A DNA stretch of 64,000 nucleotides from positions 56,822,484 to 56,886,483 of the forward strand of contig NC_083408.1 of assembly GCF_020745735.1 (NCBI RefSeq), read 5' to 3'. This DNA is from Hemiscyllium ocellatum. Lineage: Eukaryota. The stretch's first letter is position 1; each line of letters starts with the position of its first letter. Below the pieces are notes generated by a model. It saw nothing but the letters and a program-made list of their open reading frames with translations. It was not told where the DNA came from and did no database searches. This document shows positions 35,121 to 47,950 of this stretch, one piece after another. The position numbers and the translations under genes are program-made.

Positions 35121-35919
35121 AAAGAAGGTTAATTTGCCCGATTGCCCAATATTAACCATTGCTTTAAAAAATGTTTAGGATCTGGATCCGTGTCTTTCCA
35201 AACAAAATTAAACAGTTCTTCTTTGGGACATATCCTGTCAGTATACCAACCTCCACTCAATCCTGTCTTTAATTTTTGAACTATGTTTACAGACAAACTA
35301 ATAAAGGGGGAGAACATTACCTCCTGCTTATCTTTACTGGTAATAACAATAACCCAAAATGGATGCTCTCCTAAGGTGAAAACACATGATATTATGAAGT
35401 ATATTTTAAGATTTTGAGAAGTAGAGCATTTAGGAATTGCATACACAGGTATCATAATTAACCTTATGAATAAAGTATTAGTTCGTTCATTTGTCCATAG
35501 GGATGAGACAGAAATAAGATATTAAATAGGCCACTAAATGTAGATACTCACAAAATATTTCTGCAGATCACAGTGGAGACGAAGAAGCCAATTAGTGTTT
35601 CAGTGCTGGTGACACTGAAATGCTTGTCACAAATGGACTGTTATATCCCCGCCCTATATGTTTTGCTATGGTGAGAAAGTAGCAGAGAAAGGGGGTGCTA
35701 GTAGGGAGGATAGCAGGCTGACTTCCTTTGTTTACTTAATTTAATAAGTGTGCAAAGCACAATCATATCTAAATTCCATTGCACTACTTTGCTGAAAATC
35801 ATAAATCCTTCGCCTATATTCTTGAATTCTAAGTAGCACACAAAGATTTTGATTGTCATGGATGTTAGATGGTGTAGTGAGCCATGCACTGGCCTTTAAA
35901 GTTTGAGGACAGAGAAAGT

Positions 35920-36300
35920 CCTGCATTAATTATAGCATCTTCCATGACCTCAGAACTGCCAATATGTTTTATAGCCAATTAATTACAATTAATTACAGTG
36001 AAAGTTGCAGGATACAGAGAAGCCAATAAGCATAGTCCCTTAAAAATCATTATGATAAGAACCAGAAAATCTGATACTTGTTGCTTTGGTTGAGAGCAAA
36101 GTATTGAACAAGAGAACAGGAATTTCTTCTAGGTCTGAATAAAAACTATGCATGAGATTGTGTATTTATAGCTAAATGAGTAATATCTCACCCAAAATAC
36201 AGTATCTCCAACAATGCAGCATTCCCTTGGCACATGGTCTGACAAGTCAGCCCCAAGTAGGCTCAATTCATTTGACTCAGACTGATAATGAAATGACATT
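35920..36300 (-). mobile_element. Deu-domain SINE, old
   Basis: tgcatt.attatagcatcttccatgacctcag...tatagccaat...ggttgagagcaaagtattg...ctccaacaatgcagcattccct. Confidence 0.6.
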
Positions 36301-36340
36301 GCCAGGACTTGTGCTTCATATGTTGTGGTGATGACAGTAA

Positions 36341-36445
36341 GGTAATGATTTGGAGATGCCGGTGTTGGACTAGGGTGTACAAAGTTAAAAATCACACAAC
36401 ACCAACTTATGTTAGACTATAACCTGGTGTTGTGTAATTTTAAAC
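36341..36445. mobile_element. Collapsed palindromic PLE-terminus mini-element (family B) with 7-bp TSD
   Basis: Same outer sequence as 61643-61864 (tttggag.tgccggtgttggact.ggg.tgtacaaagttaaaaatcacacaacacc ... ggtgttgtgt.attttaa) with the centre missing. ACAGTAA at 36334-36340 and 36446-36452. Confidence 0.8.
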
Positions 36446-36804
36446 ACAGTAAAGCCTTGTAGCATTCCTCAATATTTAAGCCTGACATATTTCAGCACTA
36501 TTTACATTGTCTAAAGATTCTGCTTTTCATTAAAGTATAGAGGTGGAAAGTTATCTGCAGAATAATTGGTAAACTCTTTGTCATGTTCATGTTCATGTTC
36601 AGGTTTTCTTATTTGTTCGTGGGAACTGGGCATTGCTGGCTAAGCCTGCATTTATTGGCAAACCTCAATTCTCTAAGATAAAGCACTGTATAGAATTGTG
36701 CCATGTGGCCTAAAACGTCTGTGCTTATGTTTATGATCAGGCACAACAGAGTGTGACTGTAAGTGAGGCAGGTAGGGGGAACCTGAGTTCAGGAGCCTCA
36801 GCCC

Positions 36805-37444
36805 TTGACCTTGTCCAACAGGTACGCGATTCTTGCTCCCTGTTCGGATGAGGAAAAGGGCTCTGGGCAGGATGAGCCAACTGACCAAGGCACCATGGTG
36901 CAGAAGGCCATTCAAGAGGGGGGAGCTAATAGACAAGTAGTGGTCATAGGGGATTTTATAATTAGGGGGACAGATAGTATCCTTTGCAAGCCGGATCGGG
37001 AGTCTCGCATGGTGTGTTGCCTGCCCGGTGCCAGGGTGCGGGACATCTCCGACGGCTTGAAAGGATATTTGAGCGGGAGGGGGAGGATCCAGTTGTTGTG
37101 GTCCACGTTGGTACTAACAACATAGGCAAGACTAGGGTTGAGGACCTGTTTGGGCATTACGAAGCACTAGGCAGGAAATTGAAGCACAGGTCCTCAAGGG
37201 TCATAATCTCCGGATTACTGCCCGAGCCACGTGCCAATTGGCATAGGGACAAGAAAATTAGGCAAGTAAACACGTGGCTAAGGGATTGGTGTGGGAAAGA
37301 GGGATTCCACTTCATGGGGCATTGGCATCAGTTTTGGAACGGGGGGATCTGTACCGTTGGGACGGTCTCCACCTGAACCGATCAGGTACCAATGTTCTAG
37401 CGAAGAGGATAAATAGGGTGGTCCGTAGGACTTTAAACTTCTGA
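36805..37444 (+). pseudogene. CR1 ORF1 C-terminal SGNH/GDSL esterase (two frameshifts)
   Basis: LSNRY; VVIGD(F)IIRG; CLPGARVRDI; VVHVGTNNI; DGLHL. Frames shift near 37055 and 37345. Confidence 0.88.
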
Positions 37445-37461
37445 GTTGGGGGGAAGGGAAA

Positions 37462-40421
37462 GTGAAAGTGACAGGGAGTATGGCGTTAAATGGAAAGATA
37501 AGCAGCAGGATAGCATGTGTCCAGGCGGATTTAAAATTGAGGCAGACTGAGAATGCAGAAAAAAGCAATGATAACTTAGGACATCATATGACTTCCAACA
37601 TCTCTAATGATAAGGAAGTTAGCATTAAGGCACTTTACCTGAATGCTCGTAGCATTCATAACAAAGCCGATGAACTAATGGCACAGATAATAGTGAATGA
37701 TTATGATGTGGTAGGCATCACAGAGACTTGGTTACAGGGGGGTCAGGATTGGCAGTTAAACCTCCATGGTTTTTCAACTTATCGAAAAGACAGAGAGGTG
37801 GGCAGAGGGGGTGGGGTTGCCTTGTTAGTTAAAAACAAAATTAAATCAATGGTATTGAATGACATAGTGTCGGATGATGTGGAGTCTGTGTGGGTGGAAT
37901 TGAGGAACCACAAAGGCAAAAAAACCATAATTGGTGTTGTGTATAGACCTCCTAACAGTGGTCAGGACCAGGGACGCAACATGTACCGGGAAATAGAGAA
38001 GGCATGTCAGAAAGGCACGGTCACATTGATCATGGGAGACTTCAATATGCAGGTGGACTGGGTAAATAATGTTGCTAGTGGATCCAAAGAAAGGGAATTC
38101 ATGGAATGCTTACAGGATGGCTTTTTGGAACAGATTGTCATGGAGCCCACAAGAGAGCAGGCTATTCTGGACCTAGTGCTTTGCAATGAACCAGACTCTA
38201 TAAAAGATCTTAAAGTAAGGGAACCCTTAGGAAGTAGCGATCATAATATGGTAGAGTTCAGTCTAGAGTTTGAAAGAGAGAAGGCAAAATCAGATGTAAT
38301 GGTGTTACAGTTAAATAAAGGTAATTATGAGGGCATGAGAGAGGAACTGACAAAAATAGACTGGAAGCAGAAGCTAACCGGGAAGACAGTAGAGCAAAAT
38401 GGCAGGAGTTTGTTGGTATAATTGAGGACACTATACAGAGGTTCATCCCCAAGAAAAGAAAGATTATCCGGGGAAGGATTAGACAACCATGGCTGACAAA
38501 GGAAGTCAGGAAATGTATTAAAGAAAAAGAGAGATCCTATAAAGTGGCTAAGAACAGTGGGAAATCGGAAGATTGGGAAGGATACAAAAGCAAACAGAGG
38601 ATAACAAAGAGTGTAATAAGAAAGGAGAGGATCAAATATGAAGGTAGGCTAGCCAGTAATATTAGAAATGACAGTAAAAGTTTCTTTCAGTACATAAGAA
38701 ACAAACGACAGGCAAAAGTAGACATTGGGCCACTTCAAACTGATGCAGGAAGCCTAGTGATGGGAGATAAGGAAATAGCAGGAGAACTTAACAAGTACTT
38801 TGCATCAGTTTTTACAGAGGAAGACATGAGTAATATCCCAAAAATTAAAGGGAGTCACGGGGCTGAGTTGAGTATGGTTGCCATCACGAAAGAGATAGTG
38901 CTAGAAAAGTTAAAAAGTCTTAAAATTGATAAATCTCCTGGCCCCGATGGGATACACCCTAGAGTTCTGAGAGAGGTGGCTGAGGAAATAGCAGAGGCAT
39001 TGGTTGGGATCTTTCAAGAGTCACTGGAGTCAGGAAAGGTCCCGGATGATTGGAAGATGGCTGTTGTAACCCCCTTGTTCAAGAAAGGATCAAGGCAAAA
39101 GATGGAAAATTATAGGCCAATCAGTTTAACCTCGGTTGTTGGTAAAATTCTAGAATCCATCATTAAGGATGAGGTTTCTAAATTCTTGGAAGAGCAGAGT
39201 CTGATTAGAACAAGTCAACATGGATTTGGTAAGGGGAGGTCATGCCTGACAAACCTGTTGGAACTTTTTGAAGAGGTAACAAGTAGATTAGACCAGGGAA
39301 ACCCAGTGGATGTGGTCTATCTAGACTTTCAAAAGGCCTTTGATAAGGTGCCACACGGGAGGCTGCTGAGCAAGGTGAGGGCCCATGGTGTTCGAGGTGA
39401 GTTGCTGGGATGGATTGAGGATTGGCTGTCTAACAGAAGGCAGAGAGTTGGAATAAAAGGTTCTTTTTCAGAATGGCAGCCGGTGACGAGCGGTGTCCCG
39501 CAGGGTTCGGTGTTAGGGCCACAGCTATTCGCATTATATATTAATGATTTGGATGAGGGGACTGGGGGCATTCTAGCGAAGTTTGCCGATGATACGAAGT
39601 TAGGTGGACAGGCAGGTAGTACTGAGGAAGTGGGGAGGCTACAGAAGGATCTAGACAGGTTGGGAGAGTGGTCCAGGAAATGGCTGATGGAATTTAATGT
39701 GAGCAAGTGCGAGGTCTTGCACTTTGGCAAAAAGAATAAAAGCATAGACTACTTTCTAAATGGTGAGAAAATTAGTAAAGCCAAAGCACAAAGGGATCTG
39801 GGAGTGCTAGTCGAGGATTCTCTAAAGGTAAACATGCAGGTTGAGTCCGTGATTAAGAAAGCGAATGCAATGTTGTCTCTTATCTCAAGAGGGTTGGAAT
39901 ATAAAAGCAGAGATGTGCTACTGAGACTCTATAAAGCTCTGGTTAGGCCCCATTTGGAGTACTGTGTCCAGTTTTGGTCCCCACACCTCAGGAAGGACAT
40001 ACTGGCACTGGAACGTGTCCAGTGGAGATTCACGCGGATGATCCCTGGAATGGCAGGTCTAACATATGAGGAACGGCTGAGGATACTGGGATTGTATTCA
40101 TTGGAGTTTAGAAGATTGAGGGGAGACTTAATAGAGACGTACAAGATAATACATGGCTAGGAAAAGGTGGATGCTAGGAAATTGTTTCCGTTAGGTGAGG
40201 AGACTAGGACCCGTGGACACAGCCTTAGAATTAGAGGGGGTCAATTCAGAACAGAAATGCGGAGACATTTCTTCAGCCAGAGGGTGGTGGGCCTGTGGAA
40301 TTCATTGCCACGGAGCGCAGTGGAGGCCGGGACGCTAAATGTCTTCAAGGCCGAGATTGATGGATTCTTGTTGTCTCGAGGAATTAAGGGCTACGGGGAG
40401 AATGTGGGTAAGTGGAGTTGA
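37462..40421 (+). pseudogene. CR1 ORF2 APE endonuclease and reverse transcriptase (frameshift ~38397, stop 40158-40160)
   Basis: YLNARS, GITETW, RGGGVAL, YRPP, MGDFN, ILDLVL, SDHN; YRPISLTS, YLDFQKAFDKVPH, SGVPQGSVLGP, FADDTK. Confidence 0.95.
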
Positions 40422-41039
40422 AATGCCAATCAGCCATGATTGAATGGCGGAGTGGACTCGATGGGCCAAATGGCCTTACTTCCACTCCTATGTCTTATGG
40501 TCTTATGGTCTTACTCGAACCTTTCTCTATCATTCCTCACAAAACTTCAACAGTATCCATTCCCTTCTCCCTTCTCCTCTATTTTCTTACTGAGCATCCA
40601 TTATGTTCTACTCCTTGTGGTTGAATTTTGAAACTGTGCTTTTGATTTAGATGTTTGAATCCTTTATCTAGATGAGAACTATTGATTCCAGCACTGACCC
40701 TTGTGGAACATCATTTCCTGCTGTCTGAATAATTACCACCTTATTTACACAAGTGCCCCATCATGAGGTTTAGTGAGTTATTTTAATTTTTTTTAGTTAG
40801 TTGTACCTTCTACTTACTCCCTCACTCTGCTTTAACATTTTTCACTGGTCTATTAGGTGATGCTTTATCAAAGGTTCCCTGAAATCTAGACTAGTACATT
40901 CATTACTCTTGTTTGCATTCTCTATACGTCTGAATTTCCCAAAATAATTTAAGCAATAGGAATCTTGGACAAACTGGAGGCAGAGGTGGCAAAGTAATTT
41001 TGGAATGTGCTCAGTATTGAACAAGTTCAGTAATTGGGT

Positions 41040-41265
41040 CTGCACTCATTGGAATGCAGAAGAATTGAGAGGCAATCTTATACAAGGTTTATACTGTGTC
41101 CATTTCTGGTCGCTCAGTTATAGGAAGGAAATTATCAAGCTGGTGAAGATTCATAAGAGATTTACCAAGATATTGACTGGTATGAAAGGTTTGAATTATG
41201 GAGAAAGGCTATGTCTTTTTTCACTGGAGCACAGGAGGTTGAGAGGCAACCTGATAGTTTATCAA
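41040..41265 (+). mobile_element. CR1 ORF2 3' fragment
   Basis: YCVHFWS.SYRK.II.L..I.KRFTKI..G..GLNY.ERL..LFSLE.RRLRG. Confidence 0.75.
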
Positions 41266-41270
41266 TAATG

Positions 41271-41430
41271 AGATTAAAAGTCTCACGACAGGTAATAGTC
41301 CAACAGGCCTATTTGGAAACACTAGCTTTCGGAGCACTGCTCCTTCGTCAGGTGATTGTGGATAATAAGAACGTAAGACACAGAATTTATAGCAAAAGTT
41401 TACAGTGTGATGTAACTGAAATTATATATG
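41271..41430 (-). mobile_element. PLE-terminus family B copy (single arm plus upstream pLTR sequence)
   Basis: Homologous to the left arm of 61685-61774. Confidence 0.8.
41320..41357 (-). ncRNA. Minimal hammerhead-ribozyme motif, best-preserved copy
   Basis: Minus strand reads AATCAC-CTGACGA-A-GGAGC-AGT-GCTCC-GAAA-GCTA-GTG: stem I CAC/GTG, perfect 5-bp stem II, palindromic AGCT stem III, CUA triplet. Confidence 0.75.
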
Positions 41431-42619
41431 TATGAGAGAGGGTCTGAGGGTGTGTGTGTAGGTCTGAGGACTCCTGCATTGATGTCCTGGGTCTGCCATA
41501 GATGTTGTACTTTGGAAAATGCAAATTCTACAAATTGGCACATTAAGCAATTTGCAGTGCTTCATATTCTGAAATCGAATGTGTTCTGAATGAAGATTAT
41601 TGATCAGAAACATTTACCCTACCTTGATAGATGTAACCTCACCTGCTGACTGCTCTGGCATTTTCTGTCTTTTTTTTGATATCTAGCATCCATGGTATGT
41701 TGGTTTTAGGCTTGTTTCATAAGATTCTGAAAAATATCGTATTTTTTCTTGAAAGCAACAAATGAAAGTTAACAAATGCTTAAATGACAAAGGTCACGTA
41801 AGACACAATTTCAGATTTCTAATACAGGCATTATAATTATTTTCCTTGAAAATGTATAGATTTAGTTTGCCTTGTAATGCAGAAAATACAATCACTATAT
41901 TGAATAATTGCATATTATTATAAGAACCATGTTCAATTTATGACTACACATTGTACAAATGCTGCACAGCCATTACCATGATAAAAAGAGGTGCCTTCAA
42001 TCAGGTCAATAGCAAAAAAGGTACACATTGTCTGAAAAGAGACCTTTGTGACTACTGGTGAAATGTGTTTTCTTCAGAAGTTTATCATGGACAATAGGAT
42101 GAAAAGAACATATTGGTATTCATGGTACTTATATTTTGTATCTAGTCAGTGGCAAACGCTAGTATAATAGACACTGTAAAATACCACATTTTGCAGTAAA
42201 CTTGTTGTTTGGGTACAGGTACATGTTCTTAATTCAGCTAATCTGAAAACCAGATTGTACATTTTTATAAACTGCCATGGATGGATTTTAGTGACTGAAT
42301 GAGTAAAGTAATTTTGCAGTTTGTTTAGCTAGATGCTCTATCGATGCAATACCATGCTGTTTGTGTGTTGGTTTGGTCTTTTCCTGTGCTGCAATTGCTT
42401 TGAGTGACAATTGACCCCACACAATCTGATTCAGCCCGAAAACTGGCAAGATCCAAAATCTGGCACAGAAACCAGTTTTCAGACAATGAACCTGGATGTC
42501 CTATTTGCCAGTGATTTCATCTGATTTCTGTGTTGTCCTGTCCTGCTAATTGACACAAAGTTGGCATGGGTGTCCACAGCACTGGCAGTTCATGTTGTCA
42601 TTGTTGGAGGTCTGCAGCT

Positions 42620-43520
42620 ATGCGATTACTGGCTTCGTGTCAGTTGTTGAGAGCTTGGCGGAGATGGTCCTTGACACGCCCTGAATCAAATTTCAGAGCT
42701 TGCCTACATGTGGGCCATCTAGTTACAATGTTTTTCTAAGAGATCTGATCTGTAGTACACACGTCTGTAACGTTCTTTAAGAGTGCTCATACATCATTTA
42801 TACTGACCAGCTTGATGTCACAGTTCCCTGAAGACGATCTGCTGGGGGTTCCTGTAATCATCAATACAGGAGACATGATCTACTATCTCATTTGATGTCT
42901 ACGTCCCATAAGTTAGTTTAAAAAAAATTAATTTTCATGAGGAAGAGTCTCCATGTTAAGCCCATGTTGAGGAGGACCTTGTTAGTTATGATTTTGTCTT
43001 ATTATCAAATTGTCATGACTGATCGCAGTTTTGTGAAAGCTGTTCAAAGCTTTGATGTGGTGTTTATAGCAGGCTCAGGTTTTTAAAGAATATTGCAAGA
43101 TGGTAAAGGCAATGACCATATAGAGTTTGATTTTAGTCTTTAGTCTTTGCCATATTGCTTTCAGAGGCAATCATTGCTGGCTTTTTGGATTTGCACCTGG
43201 ATAGCTTCATCACTAGTGACATCACGAGACAGTATACTACCAAAGTCTGAGAACTTTTCTATAACTTTGAGAGTAGTGCCATCATGGCTGTTTCTGGTAC
43301 TGACTGAAAAATATCCTTGGCTTTTGAGAAACTGATTTGGAGACCAATGTGTATGGCAACCACATGAATTCACTTGTGAAAGTCTGGATGTCTCCCTTCT
43401 TCTGGAGAGCTAGGGCACAGTCACCTCCACACAGAAGCTTTCTGATTAGTGTCTCGGTGACTTTAGTGTAAGTTTACAGCTTTGGGAGATTGAAAATACT
43501 TAGGAAAAGATCTGATGAAG
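42620..43520 (-). mobile_element. Decayed RTE-clade LINE (RT C-terminal region)
   Basis: LKVIEKFSDFGSILSRDVT.DEAI..QIQKAS; TKIKLY; KRYR remnants. Confidence 0.7.
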
Positions 43521-43536
43521 ACACCTGGAGATGTGT

Positions 43537-43723
43537 AAGAGAAAGTGAGAAATGCAGATGCTGGAGATCAGAGTCGAAAAATGTGGCACTGGAAAAGCAC
43601 AGCTGGTCAGGCAGCATCCAAGGAACAGGAGAGTAGACTCGAAACTTATGCTTGAAACATCATACTCTTCTGCTCCTCAGATGCTGCCTGACTGGCTGTG
43701 CTTTTCCAGCACCACAGTTCTTG
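43537..43723. mobile_element. Palindromic PLE-terminus mini-element (family A) with 14-bp TSD
   Basis: Left arm ctggaaaagcacagctggtcaggcagcatc versus right arm gatgctgcctgactggctgtgcttttccag. TSD ACCTGGAGATGTGT (43523-43536) / ACCTGGAGACATGT (43724-43737). Confidence 0.85.
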
Positions 43724-43889
43724 ACCTGGAGACATGTCCCTGGTGGCTTCTTTTAAGCATTGCATTTCCTCTGTTCACTGCACATATTTCCTTCTATGGT
43801 GAAATGGAATGTATTTAATTATCAGTGCTCAAACATGACATAAACCATTAATCTGTTTATAAGCTAAGATTGATTGACAGATTACTCAA

Positions 43890-45090
43890 GAACCTCGGGA
43901 CATGAATTAGCTATTCAGCCCATCAAGCCTCTCCTGCCAGTGTGGATCCTAGCTGAACATCTCCTCAATGCCATTTACTATAGTTTCTCCATATCTCTTA
44001 ATGTCCTTAATATCTATCAATTTCTGTCTTGAATGTTGATAGAGCTTTCACATCTCTCTAGGGTAGACAGTTTCAAAGATTCACCATGTACTGAGTGAAG
44101 GAATTCCTCCTCATCTCAGTCTTAAGTGGACTTGCCTTTATCTTGAGATTATATCCCATTTCTAGAGCCACCTATTCTGGAGAATAGATCCATTTTCCTC
44201 AATCTCTTTTGATAAGACAATCCACCATCTCAGGGGTTAATCTGGTCTACCACCATTACACTCCCTTTGTGGCAAGTATATCCTTCTGTAGATAAACAGA
44301 CAAAAACTATACACAACTGTCCAGGTGAGGTCTCACCAAGGCTCCATACAACTGCAGTAAGACATCTTTATTCTTGCCGTCAAACACCCTTGAAAGAAAT
44401 GCAAGTTTTCCATATACCTTTCTAATTGCATGCTGACATTTAGTGACTCGTGGACAACAATACCCAGATCCCTTTGGACTCAAGCATTTCCCACCCTCTC
44501 GCCATTTAAGAAATATTCTGCCTTCCAGATTTTCTACCACAATAAATAACTTCACACTTATTCACATTATGATCCATCCTGCCATGATCTAGGCCATTCA
44601 CGTAACCTGTTTATGTCCATTTGAAGCATACTTGCACCCTCTTCACATTGTAAGTTCTCACCCTGTTTTTCATCATCAACAAATTTGAATTATAATTGGT
44701 TTCCACATTTTCACAGATTGTGACCAGTTATGGACTTAGCACCGATCCTTGCAGTACCTCATTAGAAACAAGCTGCCATCCTGAAAATGATCTGTTTATT
44801 CCTATTGTCAATTTTCTGTCTATCAACTAATTCTCAATTCCTACCAGTATATTCCCTCAATTGCATGGGCATTCATTTCATTGACTTATTTCCTGCAAGA
44901 GACATTACCTAAAGCCTTCTGAAAATTAAAGTACACCATGTCTATTGATTCTCCTTTCTCTATTCCTCAAGTAACACCCTCAAAACAAGTTTGTAAAATG
45001 TGATTTCTCTTTCCGAAATCCATGTTGACACTGCCCCATTTTGCTTTTATTCTCTAAATGTTCAGTTATAACATTCTTTGCGGTAAATGC
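43890..45090 (-). mobile_element. Degraded CR1 LINE
   Basis: LAFLSR....NKDVLLQLYGALVRPHLD.CV; tttcagaaggcttt (FQKAF) on minus strand. Confidence 0.8.
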
Positions 45091-45698
45091 TAAAATTTTC
45101 CCTGTTATTGGGTATTAGGTTATTGGTTAATATGTCTGGATTTTGAATACTTATATCTTTGTACTCTCTAGCAATTCCAGGACTCATTAGTTCAATGTAG
45201 CAAGATGCTTAATGAAAAGATATCAGTGGATGATGGAAACAAAGCAGCCTTCTCCAATTCCTCCATTTGCGAAAACGTGACATTCCCTATCATTCTTGTT
45301 TAACACTTTTTTGCTTAAATAGCTACTCAAAGTTTTTCTCCACCACATAGCCAGAACATAAACTCCCTGTTTAATGATTCATCAGTTGTATTTTAAAGCT
45401 CTTCTCAATCTGGGTTTGGAGGCATTATTTAATCATGCTCAAGGATGTGATGTGGAGACCTAGTCTCCTCCATGTCACTGCCACTGTTAAGTCCAGGGTA
45501 GGAAGACCTAACGCTAATTGAGCCTCTTATGTGGGAAATTATGAGTCTCATCCTATGTCATTGGTATTCAAACAGTAGGCGGTGGTGTTTAGATCTCACC
45601 TTAGTAGACAGTTTGTGCACTTAATTACTCCAGCTCAAAGTGTGTTTTGTGTCAGCAGGACTATACAATAACACAGGAACAAATTAAGACCTGACTGA

Positions 45699-47950
45699 CA
45701 ATAGACAGTAGACAATAGGTGCAGGAGAAGGCCTTTCTGCCCTTCGAGCCTGCACCACGATTCAATATGATCATGACTGATCATCCTTAATCAGCATCCT
45801 GTTCCTGCCTTATCTCCATAATCCTTGATTCCACAATCCTTGAGAGCTCTATCCAACTCTTTCTTAAATGAATCCAGAGACTGGGCCACCACTGCCCCCT
45901 GGGGCAGAGCATTCCACACAGCCACCACTCTCTGGGTGAAGAAGTTTCTCCTCATCTCTGTCCTAAATGGTCTACCCCGTATTTTTAAGCTGGTTCGGCA
46001 CTCACCCATCAGCGGAAACATGTTTCCTGCCTCCAGAGTGTCCAATCCTTTAATAATCTTATATGTCTCAATCAGATCCCCTCTCAGTCTTCTAAATTCA
46101 AGGGTATACAAGCCCAGTCGCTCCAGTCTTTCAGTGTAAGGTAATCCCGCCATTCCAGGAATTGACCTCATGAACCCACACTGCACTCCCTCAATAGCCA
46201 GAATGTCTTTCCTCAAATTTGGAGACCAGAACTGCAGACAATACTCCAGGTGTGGTCTCACCAGGGCCCTGTACAGCTGTAGAAGAATCTCTTTGCTTCT
46301 ATACTCAATTCCTCTTGTTATGAAGGCCAGCAAGCTATTAGTCTTCTTCACTACCTGCTGTACCTGCATGCTTACCTTCATTGACTGGTGTACACGAACA
46401 CCCAGATCTCTTTGTACTGCCCCTTTACCTAAATTGATTCCATTTAGGTAGTAATCTTCCTTCCTGTTCTTGCCACCAAAATGGATAACCATACATTTAT
46501 CCACATTAAACTGCATCTGCCATGCATCTGACCGCTCACCTAACTTGTCCAGATCACCCTGTAATCTCCTAACATCCTCCTCACATTTCGACCTGCCACC
46601 CAGCTTAGTATCATCAGTAAATTTGCTAATGCTATTACTAATACCATCTTCTATATCATTAACATATATTGTAAAAAGCTGCGGTCCAAGTACTGATCCC
46701 TGCGGTACCCCACTGGTCACTGCCTGCTATTCCTAAATGGAACCGTTTATCACTACTCTTTGTTTCCTATCAGCCAACCAACTTTCAATCCAAGTTAGTA
46801 TTTTGCCCCCAATACCATGCGCCCTTATTTTGCTCACTAACCTCCTATGTGGGACTTTATCAAAAGTTTTCTGAACAGTCCAGGTACACTACATCTACTG
46901 GATCTCCCGCGTCCATCTTCAGAGTTACATCCACAAAAAATTCCAGAAGATTAGTCCAGAAGATATCCCCTTCATAAATCCATGCTGACTCTGACCTATC
47001 CTGTTACTACTATCCAGATGTGTTGTAATTTCATCCTTTATAATAGACTCCAGCATCTTTCCCACCACTGAGGTCAGACTAACTGGTCTATAATTTCCTG
47101 CTTTCTCCCAGCCACCTTTCTTAAAAAGTGGTACAACATTAGCCACCCTCCAATCCGCAGGAACTGATTCCGAATCTATCGAACTCTGGAAAATAATCAC
47201 CAACACATCCACGATTTCTTGAGTCACTTCCCTCAGTACCCTGGGATGTAGACCATCAGGTCCCGGGGACTTATCAACCTTCAGACCTAACAGTCTCTCC
47301 AACAATTTTTGGCAAATATAAATTCCCTTCAGTTCAGGTCCTTCAGCCACTGTTACCTCAGGGAGATTGCTTGTGTCTTCCCCAGTGAACACAGATCTGA
47401 AGTACCAATTCAATTCTTCTGCCACTTCTTTGTTCCCCGTAATATATTCCCCTGTTTCTGTCTTCAAGGGCCCAATTTTAGTCTTAACCATTTTTTTGCC
47501 TTTCACATACCTAAAAAAACTTTTACTATCCTCCTTTATATTATTGGCCAGTCTACCTTCATACCTCATTTTTTTCTCTGTGTATTTCCTTCTTAGTAAT
47601 CCTTTTTTGTTCTTTAACAACTTCCCAGTCCTCCGTTTTCCCACTTATCTTTGCTATGTTATACTTTTTCTCTTTTAATTTTATATGTTTCTTAACTTCC
47701 CTCATCAGCCACGGCCACCCCTGCCTCCTCCTAGGATCTTTCTTCCTTTTTGGAATGAACTGATCCTGCAACTTCTGCATTATACACAGAAATATCCGCC
47801 ATTGTTCCTCCACTGTCATCCCTGCTAAGGTATTGCACCATTGAACTTGGGCCAGCTCCTCCCTCATAGCTCCATAGTTCCCTTTATTCAACAGAAATAT
47901 TGTCACTTCCGATTGTACCCTCTCCCTCTCAAATTGTAGATTGAAGCTTG
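45699..47950 (-). mobile_element. 5'-truncated young CR1 LINE (RT, few frameshifts)
   Basis: ORFs 45791-46720, 46925-47644 and 47559-47969 (SGVPQGSVLGP, FTDDTK, YRPVSLTS); (CTATTGT)n-like tail. Confidence 0.96.

Larger units (their letters stand above)
36770..40513 (+). mobile_element. Near-intact, 5'-truncated CR1 LINE
   Basis: ORF1 esterase, ORF2 APE/RT, 3' UTR and (TCTTATGG)n tail; only a few lesions. Confidence 0.97.

Noticed and set aside
42214-42495. Possible Tc1/Tigger-type MITE (tacagg...cctg)
   Set aside because: Terminal repeats too degenerate to support.
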